Shown here: in pieces, positions 22,395-34,094 of the stretch
How the letters are laid out: the number at the start of each line of letters is the position of its first letter
How positions within the stretch are numbered: the stretch's first letter is position 1
NCBI GenBank assembly: GCA_030390025.1
Contig: CM059432.1
Span: 110,300,001 to 110,364,000 of the forward strand
DNA from: Squalus acanthias
Taxonomy: Eukaryota
Direction: 5' to 3'
Length of the DNA stretch: 64,000 nt
The notes under the pieces: model-generated
What the model saw: only the letters and a program-made list of their open reading frames with translations
What the model was told of the DNA's origin: nothing
The model's database searches: none
Made by a program: the position numbers and the translations under genes

Positions 22395-25300
22395 AGCGTC
22401 GGCGGGTGTTTCAGCGGCGGCAGTGGTCCTATAAAAGGCTCCAGAGACCAGGTATGGCGTACCAGTCTCCGAACTCGGAGGGAAAAATAATCGAAGTGTG
22501 ACGTCCCCAAAAAGCAGGTAAGTGATTGGTTGGTGAGTATTTCTCTCTAAGCTTAAATTCTGTGGTGTTAAATTTCTAGGGTCTCTGTGGTGTAGTGGGG
22601 ACAGTTGGTAAATAAAGCGCCCTAGAGTATATCTGTAACTGGGGTATTGAATACATTTTTAATTTAATTAAAGGAGTAGGTCATGGCAGGTGAGATCAGC
22701 CCCGTGTTATGCTCCTCTTGCTCCATGTGGGAATTCAGGGACGCTGCCAGTGTCCCTGGGGACCATGTGTGCGAGAAATGCATCCAGCTGCAGCTACTTG
22801 TAGACCGCATTGCGGCGCTCAAGCTGCGGGTGGATGAGTTTTGGAGCATACGCGATGCTGAGAGGGTCGTGGATAACACGTTTAGCGAGTTGGTCACGCC
22901 GCAGGGTAGGGCTGCACAGGCAGAAGGGAAATGGGTGACCATCAGGCGGAGCAGCAGAGGCAGGCAGGAAGTACAGGGGACCCCTGCGGTCATCCCCCTT
23001 TCAAACAGGTATACCGATTTGGATACTGTTGAGGGGGATGACTCACCAGGGGAGTGCAGCAGCAGCCAACTTCCTGGCACCAGGGTTGCTTCTGCTGCTC
23101 AAAAAGGGAGGAAAAAGAGTGGGAGAGCAATAGTGGTAGGGGATTCTATCGTAAGGGGAACAGATAGGTGTTTCTGTGGCCGTAAACGTGACTCCAGGAT
23201 GGTTTGTTGCCTCCCTGGGGCCAGGGTCATGGATGTCACTGAGCGGCTACAGGGCATTCTTAAGGGGGAGGGTGAGCAGGCAGAGGTCGTGGTTCACATT
23301 GGGACCAACGACATAGGTAGGAAGGGGGATGAGGTCCTGCATCAAGAATTTAGGGAGCTAGGCAGCAGATTAAAGTGCAGGACCTCAAAGGTTGTAATCT
23401 CTGGATTACTCCCAGTGCCACGTGCTAGTGAGTATAGGAATAGGAGGATAGAACAGATGAATGCGTGGCTAAAGAGTTGGTGCAGGAGGGAGGGTTTTAG
23501 TTTCCTGGATCACTGGGCCTGCTTCTGGGGAAAGTGGGACTTGTACAAGTCGGACGGTTTGCACCTGAACCAGAGCGGGACAAATATCCTTGCGGGGAGG
23601 TTTGCTAGCACTGTTGGGAGAGGTTTAAACTAACTTGGCAGGGGGATGGGATACAGAGTGGAGCTACAATAGGGGGTGATGTACAGTCAAATATAGAGAA
23701 AAAAATAAGTCAGCTTGGAAGACAGGGCAAACATGTAAGAGCAAGGCTGGAAGGCATCTATTTTAATGCAAGGAGTCTAGCGAATAAGGTGGATGAACTG
23801 AAGGTGTTGATAAACACATGGGAGTATGATATTGTTGCTATCACGGAGACATGGTTGAGGGAGGGGCAAGACTGGCAGCTCAATATTCCGGGGTACAGAA
23901 TCTTCAGGCGAGACAGAGGGGGAGGAAAAAGAGGAGGGGGTGTCGCAATATTAATTAAGGAATCAATTACTGCCATAAGGAGGGTTCCTCCAATGAGGCT
24001 ATATGGGTGGAGCTTAAAAACAAAAAGGGGGCAAGCACTTTGCTGGGAGCGTACTATAGGCCCCCAAACAGTCAGGGGGAGATAGAGGAACAGATATGTA
24101 GGCAAATCTCAGAGAAATGTGCAAATAATAGGGTAATAATAATGAGGGATTTCAACTTCCCCAATATTAACTGGGATAGTCAGAGTGTGAAAGGCTTAGA
24201 GGGTACAAAATTCTTAAAGTGCATCCAGGAGAGCTTTTTGAGCCAGCATGTAGAAAGTTCTACAAGAGAGGGGGCGGTACTGGACCTAATTCTAGGGAAT
24301 GTGGCCGGCCAAGTGGAAGAAGTGCTAGTAGGTGAGCACTTTGGTGACAGTGACCATAATACGGTGAGATTTAAGGTGGTCATGGAAAAGGACAGGGATG
24401 GGCCGGAAATAAAGGTTCTAAATTGGGGGAAGGCCGATTTTAATAGGATAAGGCAGGATCTGGCCAAAATTGACTGGGATCAGCTGCTTGTAGGAAAATC
24501 CACATCGGAGCAATGGGATTCTTTCAGAAGGGAGATTGAGATCATACAATGGCAGCATGTTCCCGTAAAAGGTCAAGGGTGGTTCCAAAAACCCCAGGGA
24601 ACCTTGGATGTCGGGGGATATACGAGAATGGATCAGGAAAAAAAGGAGGGCTTTTGGCAGTTACAAAATGCTAAAGACGGAGGAAGCCCGAGAGGAGTAC
24701 AAAAAGTGCAGGGGGATACTTAAAAAAGAAATTAGGAAATCAAGGAGGGGCTATGAAATAACACTGGCGAGCAAAATAAAGGAAAATCCTAAGATGTTTT
24801 ATAAGTATATTAAGGGTAAGAGGATAACTAGGGAAAAAATAGGGCCCATTAGGGACAAAAGTGGCAATCTGTGTGTGGAGCCGGAAGATGTAGGTGGGGT
24901 TCTAAATGAATTTTTTGAATCTGTTTTCACTATGGAGAAGGGCGATGCAGACATAAAATTAGGGCAGGGGGACTGTGATATACTCGAACATTTTAACATC
25001 GAGAGGGAGGAGGTATTGGCGGTTTTAGCAGGTCTAAAAATGGATAAATCCCCAGGTCCGGACAAAATGTATCCCAGGCTGCTGTGTGAGGCAAAGGAGG
25101 AGATTGCGGGGGCTCTAACACATATATTCAGAACCTCTCTGGCCACAGGGGATGTGCCAGAGGACTGGAGAACCGCTAATGTAGTACCATTATTCAAGAA
25201 AGGGAGTAGGGAAAAACCGGGGAACTACAGGCCAGTGAGCCTAACAACAGTGGTAGGAAAATTATTGGAAAAAATTCTGAGGGACAAAATTAGTCTCCGC

Positions 25301-26616
25301 TTGGAGAGGCAAGGCTTAATCATGGTTAGCCAACATGGCTTTGCCAAGGGAAGATCATGTCTGACTAATTTGATTGAATTTTTTTTGAGGGGGTGACTAG
25401 GTGTGTGGATGAGGGTAACGCAGTGGATGTGGTATACATGGATTTCAGTAAGGCCTTCGATAAAGTCCCGCACAGGAGACTGGTCAAGAAGGTAAGAGCC
25501 CATGGAATCCAGGGTGCCTTGGCACATTGGATACAAAACTGGCTCAGTGGCAGAAGGCAGAGGGTGATGGTCGAAGGTTGTTTTTGTGACTGGAAGCCTG
25601 TGGCCAGTGGGGTACCACAGGGATCGGTGCTGGGTCCCTTGCTGTTTGTGGTCTACATTAACGACTTGGATATGAATGTAAAAGGTATGATCAGTAAGTT
25701 CGCGGATGATACAAAAATTGGTAGGGTGGTAAATAGCGAGGAGGGTAGCCTCAGTCTGCAGGACGATATAGATGGGTTGGTCAGATGGGCGGAACAGTGG
25801 CAAATGGAATTTAATCCGGAAAAGTGCGAGGTGATGCACTTTGGAGGGACTAACAAGGCAAGGGAATACACAATGAATGGTAAGACCCTAGGCAAGACGG
25901 AGGGTCAGAGGGATCTTGGTGTGCAAGTACACAGATCCCTGAAGGCGGCGGAACAGGTGGATAAGGTGGTAAAAAAGGCATATGGGATACTTGCATTCAT
26001 TAGCCGAGGCATAGAATTATAAGAGCAAGGAGGTTATGATGGAGCTGTATAAAACACTGGTTAGGCCACAGCTGGAATACTGTGTGCAGTTCTGGTCGCC
26101 ACACTACAGGAAGGATGTGATCGCTTTGGAGAGGGTGCAGAGGAGATTCACCAGAATGTTACCCGGGCTGGAGTGCTTCAGCTATGAAGAGAGACTGGGC
26201 AGATTGGGTTTGTTTTCCTTGGAGCAGAGGAGGCTGAGGGGGGACATGATTGAGGTGTACAAAATTATGAGGGGCATAGATAGGATAGATACTAAGGAGC
26301 TTTTTCCCTTAGTAGAGGGGTCTATAACAAGGGGGCATAGATTCAAGGTAAAGGGCGGGAGGTTTAGAAGGGATTTGAGAAAGAACTTTTTCACCCAGAG
26401 GGTGGTTGGAGTCTGGAACTCACTGCCTGAATGGGTTGTGGAGGCAGGAACCCTCACAACATTCAAGAAGCATTTGGATGAGCACTTGAAATGCCATAGC
26501 ATACAAGGCTACGGACCAAATGCTGGAATATGGGATTAGATTAGACAGGGCTTGATGGCCGGTACGGACACGATGGGCCGAAGGGTCTCTATCCGTGCTG
26601 TATAACTCTATGACTC
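22395..26616 (+). mobile_element. Full-length CR1 LINE (5'UTR, ORF1, frameshifted APE-RT ORF2, 3' tail)
   Basis: intact ORF1; ORF2 segments YFNARS, ITETW, DFNFP, SDHN, QHGF, FADDTK; ends ctctatgactct; ctctt at both junctions. Confidence 0.95.
22683..23633 (+). CDS. CR1 ORF1p: N-terminal Cys zinc finger/coiled coil plus SGNH esterase domain
   Basis: open 316-aa ORF with CSSC..CEKC, GDS (VVGDSIVR), HIGTND and DGLH motifs. Confidence 0.9.
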   Translation: MAGEISPVLCSSCSMWEFRDAASVPGDHVCEKCIQLQLLVDRIAALKLRVDEFWSIRDAERVVDNTFSELVTPQGRAAQAEGKWVTIRRSSRGRQEVQGTPAVIPLSNRYTDLDTVEGDDSPGECSSSQLPGTRVASAAQKGRKKSGRAIVVGDSIVRGTDRCFCGRKRDSRMVCCLPGARVMDVTERLQGILKGEGEQAEVVVHIGTNDIGRKGDEVLHQEFRELGSRLKCRTSKVVISGLLPVPRASEYRNRRIEQMNAWLKSWCRREGFSFLDHWACFWGKWDLYKSDGLHLNQSGTNILAGRFASTVGRGLN

Positions 26617-27667
26617 TTGCTAGTTTACTCTCATATTCTCTTCCTTCATCAAATTCTTGGTCATCCTTTGCTTAATTCTAAAATCCTCCCAAGCCTCAGG
26701 CTTACTATTCTTTTTGACAACATTATAAGCCTCTTCCTTTAATCTAATACTATCTTTAACTTCTCTTGTTAGCCACGGTTGGACTACTAATCCCATGGGG
26801 CTTTTATTCCTTAGGGGAATGTATATTTGTTGTGAATTATGAATTAATTCTTTAAATGTTTGCTATTGTTTATCTACCGTCATATCTTTTAATCTTGTTT
26901 CCCAAATTACCTCAGTCAACTCGCCCCTCATACCTATGTAGTTTGCTTTGTTCAGATTTAAAATCCTAGTTTCGGCTTAACTAAATCTCTCTCAAACTCA
27001 ATGTAAAATTCTATCACATTATGATCTTTCTTCCCTAGAGGCTCCTTTACTACAAGGTTATTAAAGTTAACATAAGCAAGAAAACTTTATTAGAAAAAAT
27101 AATGACACTAAAGACTTACAAATCCCCAGGACCTGATGGCTTCCACCCCAGGATTTTAAAGGAAGTAGGTGAGGAAATTTCAAATGCTTTAGCCATAATC
27201 CTCCAAGGTCTCCTGATTCAGGAATTTTTTAGTTTGGAAAATTGCAAAGGTAACTTCATTATTTAAGAAAGGTGAGAGAGAAACAAGGAAATTATAGACC
27301 TGTTAGTCCAACATCTGTTGTGGGGAAGTTATTGGAATCTATAATTAAGGACAGAGTGACTGAGCACTTAAAGAAATGTGAGCTGATTAGAGAGAGCTAA
27401 CATGGATTTGTAAAGGATAAGAATGTCTAACGAACCTAAATTAATTTTTTAAGGAAGTAACTAAAGTAGTAGACGGGAATGTCTATGGATGTTGTTTATA
27501 TGGACTTCCAGAAGGCATTCGATAAGGTTCCACATAAGAGACTGTTAGCTAAAATTAAGGCTCATGGAAGTGAAGACAAATTATTGACCTGGTTAGGAGG
27601 TTAGGCGGTGGAAGACTGAGAGTTAGGATAATGGGTATGTATTCTAATTGGAAGGAAGTGACTATTG

Positions 27668-28430
27668 GGGGGAAAAATTCAGCTGCTTGCGCCTCCCGTT
27701 AGCGCCTTAAGAGGGCGCTAATGGGGCGTAAAGCAGCTAACGCCCGGGCGCAGCGCCGCCCACGCCTCCCGAAAAATTCAGCGGGAGGTTAGCGGCGGCA
27801 CCAGCCGGTAGCGCCCTGTGGCGCTGCGCCGCCGGCGATGACGTCATCGCCGTGCGCAGCACCCCGCTCGCGCTCCAGCCGCGATCTTCAGTCGCGCCCC
27901 CTGATTTACCGTCAGACGCTATGTCCGACGGGTTCAGGTAGGCGTACGTGCGGCCGGGGCGGCGATATTTAAAGGGGAGGTGGCAGGCGGCCATTTTTGT
28001 TGCTGGCCGCCTGCCAGCACCTGCCCCCGTTGCTGTCCCCGGCCCCCGTGAAGCCCCCACACCGTGAAGTGCCGGCTGCGCTCCAAGAGCCCGGCACTTC
28101 TCTTGAGTGCCGGGCTCTTTTGCCGGCACTCCCGATCCCTGGGAGCCCAGCTGGGCCCCGGTTCGCGCTGCGCAGGGTCCCTCCCCTTTAAGAAGGGGAG
28201 GAAGGCCTGCAATACCGCGGCGCGACATGCCGCAGCGCCACGCGTAGCGCCAGGATATTCCCTCGCAGCGCCCCAAGAGGGATGCGGGGTGCTTCCAGTG
28301 GCGCCCCGCTTCCCTCTTGGGGCGCAACCACTGAAGTTCCGGCGCGGGGCCGCTAATTTTTTCGGGGCGCTAAAAGTCGCGCCCCGGCGAGGTTAGCGCC
28401 CCAAATGGGGCGCGACTCAATTTTTACCCC
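27668..28430. mobile_element. GC/CpG-rich PIF/Harbinger-type MITE
   Basis: TIRs gggggaaaaattcag / ctcaatttttacccc; 3-bp TSD ttg; interrupts CR1 gtgactattggtgtc; termini shared in inverted orientation with 62190-63082. Confidence 0.85.
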
Positions 28431-28713
28431 TTGGTGTCTCACAAGGATCTGTACTGGGGCCTCAACTATTCACTATATTTATTAATGACTTAGATAACCC
28501 AATAGAGAGCCATATATCCAAGTTTGCCAATGACAAAGATTGGTGGCATCGTAAGTAGTGTGGACGGCAGCATAAAATTACAAAGAGACATTGATAGATT
28601 AAGTGAGTGTGTAAAACTGTGGCAGATGGATTTCAGCGCAGGCAAGTGTGAGGTCATCATTTTGGACCAAAAAGGACCGATCCAAGTACTTTTTAAAATG
28701 GTGAAAATCTATG

Positions 28714-30680
28714 AAACATAGAAGATAGGAGCAGGAGTAGGCCATTCGGCCCCTCGAGCCTGCTCTGCCATTTAATGAGATCATGGCTGATCATCCAAAT
28801 TCAGTACCCTGTCCCTGTTTCTCCCCATATCCCTTTAGCCTTAAGAAATATATCTAACTCCTTCTTGAATATATTTAATGAATTGGCCTCAACTGCCTTC
28901 TGTGGTAGAGAATTCCACAGGTTCACCACTCTGGGTGAAGAAATTCCTCATCTCAGTCCTAAATGGCTTACCCCTTATCCTTCGACTGTGACCCATGGTT
29001 CTGGGCTCCCCCGCCATCGGGAACATCCTTCCTGCATCTAGTCTGTCTAGTCCTGTTAGAATTTTAAAAGTTTCAATGGGATCCCCTCTCATTCTTCTAA
29101 ACTCTAGCGAATATAAGCCTAATCGACCCAATCTCTCTTCATACGTCATTCCTGCCATCCCAGGTATCAGTCTGGTGAATCTTTGCTGCACTCCCTCCAT
29201 GGCAAGAACATCCTTCCTCAGATAAGGCGACCAAAACTGCACACAGTACCCAAGGTGCGGTCTCACCAAGGCCCTGTACAACTGCAGCAAGACATCCTTG
29301 TTCCTGTACTCAAATCCTCTCGCTATGAAGGCCAACATACAATTTGTCTTCTTAACCACCTGCTGCACCTGCATGCTTATCTTCAGCGACTGGTGCACAA
29401 GGACACCCAGGTCTCGTTGCACTTCCCCTTTTCCCAATCTATTGCCATTCAGATAATAATCTGTCTTCCTGTTTTTGCCACCAAAGTGGATAACCTCGCA
29501 TTTATCCACATTATACTGCATCTGCCATGCATTTGCCCACTCACCCAACCTGTCCAAATCATACTGGAGTTTCTCTGCATCCTCCGCACAGCACACACGC
29601 CCACCCAGTTTTGTGTCGTCTGCAAACTTGGAGATATTACATCTAGTTCCCTTGTCTAGATCATTAATATATATTGTGAATAGCTGGGGTCCTAGCACCG
29701 ATCCCTGCGGTACCCCACTAGTCACTGCCTGCCACTCGGAAAAAGACCCATTTATTCCAATTCTTTGCTTCCCGTCTGCCAACCAGTTCTCTATCCAAGT
29801 CAGTACCTTACCCCCAATCCCATGTGCTTTAACTTTGCATGCTAATCTCTTATGCGGGACCTTATCGAAAGCCTTCTGAAAGTCCAAATACACCACATCC
29901 ACTGGTTCTCCCTTATCTATTCTACCAGTTACCTTTTGTAAATCCAAGTTGACTTTGTCCGATCCTGTCACTGTTTTCCAAGTGCTCTGCTATTGCATCT
30001 TTTATAATGGACTCTAGCATTTTCCCCACTACCGATGTCAGGCTCACCAGTCTATAATTCCCCGTTTTCTCTCTACCACCTTTTTTAAATAGTGTGATTA
30101 CATTAGCTACCCTCCAATCCATGGGAACTGTTCCAGAGTCTATAGAATTTTGGAAGATGACCAGCAATGCATCTACTATTTCTCGGGCCACTTCCTTAAG
30201 TACCCTAGGATGTAGATTATCAGGCCCTGGGGATTTATCGGCCTTCAATCCCGTTAATTTCCCTAACACCATTTCCCTACAAATACCGATTTATTCAGTT
30301 CCTCCCTCTCATTAGACCCTATGTTCCCCGACACCTCTGGGAGGTTATTTGTGTCCTCCTTTGTGAAGACAGAACCAAAGTATGTATTTAATTGGTCTGC
30401 CATTTCTTTGTTCCCCATTATAAATTCCCCTGATTCTGAATGTAAGGGACCTATGCTTGACTTCACCAATCTTTTTCTCTTCACATATCTATAGAAGCTT
30501 TTACAGTCAGTTTTTATGTTCCCTGCAAGCTTACTCTCATACTCTATTTTCCCCTTCTTAATTAATCCCTTTGTCCTCCTTTGCTGAATCCTAAACTGCT
30601 CCAAATCCTCAGGTTTGCTGCTTTTTCTGGCCAATTTATATGTCCTCTCCTTGGATCTTATGCTATCCCTAATTTCCCTT
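28714..30680 (-). mobile_element. Young CR1 (GYGEKAG subfamily), 5'-truncated
   Basis: ORFs 30263-30634, 29922-30272 and 28889-29971. Confidence 0.95.
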
Positions 30681-31489
30681 GAACAGCAGGAGGTCCAAAG
30701 AGACTTGGGGGTCCATGTACACAGATCACTAAAATGTAATAGTTACAAAAAATAATCAAAAAGGCTAATGGAATGTTAGCCTTTATAACTAAAAGGCTAG
30801 AATATAAAGGGGCTTTTGCTACAGCTATACAACGCCCTGGAGTACAGTGTACAGTTCTGGGAACTGCACCTTAGAAAGAATATATTGGCCTTGGAAGGAG
30901 TGCAGCGCAGTTTTACCAGAATGTTGCCAGGACTCCAAGGGTTAGATTATCAGAAGATATTACATAAATTAGGCTTGTATTCCTGGAATATAGAAGGTTG
31001 AGGGGTGATTTGATTGGGGGGTTTAGGATTTTGAAAGGAATTGATAGGGTAGATAGAGAGAAACTTTTTCCGCTGGTGGGTGAGTCTAGGACAAGGGGAC
31101 ATCACCTTAAAATCAGAGCCAGGCCATTCAGGAGAGAAGTTAGGAAACACTTCTTCACGCAAAGGGTGGTAGAAGTGTGGAACTCTCCCACGACTCTCCA
31201 GTTTTAACGGAGGCGGGATAAGGCGTGGGCGACCAATCAGGAGGCGGGTTGGTCGCTCATACTTTTTAAGGACATTGTGTGCACCTCCATTTTAACAGGA
31301 TTTCTCTTTTTAACTACAGTCGATCGGGTTTCCCAGGCAGGTAAAATGAGTTGAGAAGGTTTGGATCCATCAGGTAAGTACCTTTACTGCACTGTCTGCG
31401 GGCCAGGAGGAGCAGGGTGTTTCCTCCAGGCCCAAAAAGCTACTCAGTGAAAAAAATACCCTCAACTCCACGATCTCCCACATCACTGA

Positions 31490-31735
31490 ACTCCCCGGCG
31501 ATCATCGACACCCCCAACCGCGCGATCACCAATCCCGCCGCCTGCGCGCCATCACTGACCCCCACAACCCCCCGTGCGATCACCGACTCCCACCCCCCAC
31601 CCACAACCCCCCGTGCGATCACCGACTCCCACCCCCCACGCGATCACCGACTACCCACCCCCCACGCGATCACCGACTACCCACCCCCCACGCGATCACC
31701 GACTACCCACCCCCCACCCCCACCGCGATCACTGC
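31490..31735. repeat. C-rich minisatellite (~26-bp core cgcgatcaccgactacccacccccca) inside a GC-rich repeat remnant (~31195-31860)
   Basis: repeated gcgatcaccgact core, with the units becoming more homogeneous toward the 3' side. Confidence 0.85.
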
Positions 31736-31874
31736 AGTAGCACGCCAGTTTGTTTAAACTGGAAGGGGAACTGATACTGTTTAATAGACACTTAACACTA
31801 ATCCCTCCCCATCCAAATGATGTCCCTGCAAAGATAACCGCTGTGGTGTGAAAAGGACAAATAAAGAACATAAT

Positions 31875-32805
31875 TTCAGAAATGGGGATGTTCGCTGATG
31901 ACTGCCCAGTGTTCAGTGCCATTCGCAACTCCTCAGATAATGAAGCAGTCCATGCCCGCACGCAGCAAGACCTGGACCACATTCAGGCTTGGGCTGATAA
32001 GTGGCAGGTGACATTCGCGCCACAGAAGTGCCAGGCAATGACGATCTCCAACAAGCGAGTGTCTAACCACCTCCCCATGATATTCAACGGCATTACCATC
32101 ACCGAATCTCCCACCATCAACATCCTGGGGGGGGTCACCATTGAACAGAATCTTAACTGGACCAGCTGTGGCATATAAATACTGTGGCAACAAGAGCAGG
32201 TCAGAGGCTAGGTATTCTGCAGCGAGTGTCTCACCTCCTGACTCCCCAAAGCCTTTCCACCATCTACAAGGCACAAGTAAGGAGTGTGATGGAATACTCT
32301 CCACTTGCCTGGATGAGCGCAGCTCCAACAACACTCAAGAAGCTCTACACCATCCAGGACAAAGCAGCCCGCTTGATTGGCACCCCATCCACCACCTTAA
32401 ACATTCACTCCCTCCACCACCGGCGCACCGTGGCTGCAGTGTGTACCGTCTACAAGATGCACTGCAGCAACTTGCCAAGGCTCCTTCGGCAGCACCTCCC
32501 AAACCCGTGACCTCTTCCACCTAGAAGGACAAGGGCAGCAGGCGCATGGGAAAACCATTACCTGCAAGTTTCCCTCCAAGTCACACACCATCCTGACTTG
32601 GAAATACATCGCTGATCCTTCATCGTTGCTGGGTCAAAATCCTGGAACTCCCTCCCTAACAGCACTGTGGGAGTACCATCACCACACGGACTGCAGCGGT
32701 TCAAGGCGGCGGCTCACCATCACCTTCTCAAGGGCAATTAGGGATGGGCAATAAATGCTGGCCATGCCAGCGACGCCCACATCCCGTGAATGAATTAAAA
32801 AAAAC
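31875..32805 (+). mobile_element. Non-LTR retrotransposon of a second CR1-group lineage (Zenon/Crack-like), 3' part
   Basis: MFADDC..QQDLDHIQAWADKWQVTF, YKAQVRSVMEYSPLAW; 3' end gcaataaatgctggc..gcgacgcccacatcccgtgaatgaatt followed by A-tract. Confidence 0.8.
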
Positions 32806-32904
32806 AAGCCCGCACATAAAAGATAAGAAAAATATTGAACCGTCCATTCCACAGAATATTTTCTCTACTGTTTTGATTTGTTAACTGTATGTATTCCAGC
32901 AGTT

Positions 32905-33330
32905 GTCAGCTTGGCTCAGTTGGTGCATTTCTGCGCCAGAGTCACAAAGGTTGTCAGTTCAGGTCCCACTCAAGGACTTCAGCACATAATCTAGACTGAT
33001 ACTACAGCAGAGTACTGAAGGAGTGGGGCATTCTGGCAGGTACTGTTCCACAGATGAGCAACAGATGCCCTGGCTGTGTATCTCGATGGCTCTGTTGGGT
33101 AAAAGGACTCCATGGCACTATTCGAAAGAGCAGACAGTTGTCCTAGTTAACATTTCACCTTCAATCAAAACCAAAAATGCTGTTCATTCATCTCTTGCTG
33201 TTTGTGGGACCTTTCTATCTACTTGAGGGCTGACACATTTGCCAACATAATAGTCACTGTACCTTCAAAACAAGTACTTTGAGACATTTCAGAGAAATAT
33301 GATCCGGTGCTATATCAAAGCATTCTTATA
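32905..33330 (+). mobile_element. SacSINE1/Deu-type SINE, decayed
   Basis: tRNA-like head gcttggctcagttgg..gttcaggtccc; core cagtactgaaggagtg..ccatggcactattcgaaagagcag; tgctgtttgtgggacc. Confidence 0.7.
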
Positions 33331-34094
33331 ACTGAAGTAAATAAACTTGAGGGTGTGACATGCTGTTAGTAACAGACAGGGCTTGCCCAAGGCGCAATGC
33401 ACCATCATGAACTAATTAACATATGAATTTAAATAACTTTTTTTTGCAGATTACAAAAAGGACCTTAAGGGTGACCAACAACTTCCCAGAGAAAATTATG
33501 TCATGCCATAACCTACTCAATTTAATTTTATGTTGCAATTACATTTCTATGGGACATCAATTTTTACACATTGTAATTAAAAAAACACACTGAAAACTGA
33601 TACTATCGCAAAGTCACCTAAAGGACGCAATCCGGAAAAGGTGTCAAGCCAAATTAGGGTTCTTTTACTTCATATAATTACAAGCCCATGCTCCTCTTTG
33701 CCAGCTTCTTGCTGCTAAGGCGGCTATATTTAGAAACACACAACGGGAACTGCAACCACTTGCCACTGAGAGGCTGATGAGCAAGCAGCACAGCTTCTCT
33801 TAACAGACGCTAGTCTGTATAGGCTGCAATCAGGAAATTAATAGTCTGTCAATCCAACGTTATGAATAGAGAAACAGCTGAAACTCTGCAAGGACCCAAT
33901 TACACGCACAAAAAAGAACCATTTCTCTATTTTATCAGTGATGAGAAAATCACAGCATTTAATTTCACAATAAAGATGATGCATTTCCATAACTGAAACT
34001 TGCCCTAGTTCAAGTAAGCTGAAGATATTCGTTAAAAGTAAAACCTAGTAAACAAATTTGATATACAAACTCATCTTTTGTTGTAAAAACTTAA

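Larger units (their letters stand above)
20578..27062 (-). mobile_element. CR1 (20578-22389 and 26617-27062) interrupted by a full-length CR1
   Basis: minus-strand RT ORFs 20977-22195; host sequence atgtctctt|gctagtttactc rejoins across the insertion. Confidence 0.9.
27080..31190 (+). mobile_element. Older CR1 (27080-28710 and 30681-31190) interrupted by a Harbinger MITE and a minus-strand CR1
   Basis: aaatccccaggacctgatggc, ttccagaaggcattcgataagg; sequence aatggtgaaaa|gaacagcaggaggtcc continues across the insertion. Confidence 0.85.

Noticed and set aside
27737..28396. GC-rich ORFs of 64-196 aa on both strands
   Set aside because: They lie inside a TIR/TSD-bounded MITE, have no recognisable domain, and are expected from stop-codon scarcity at high GC.
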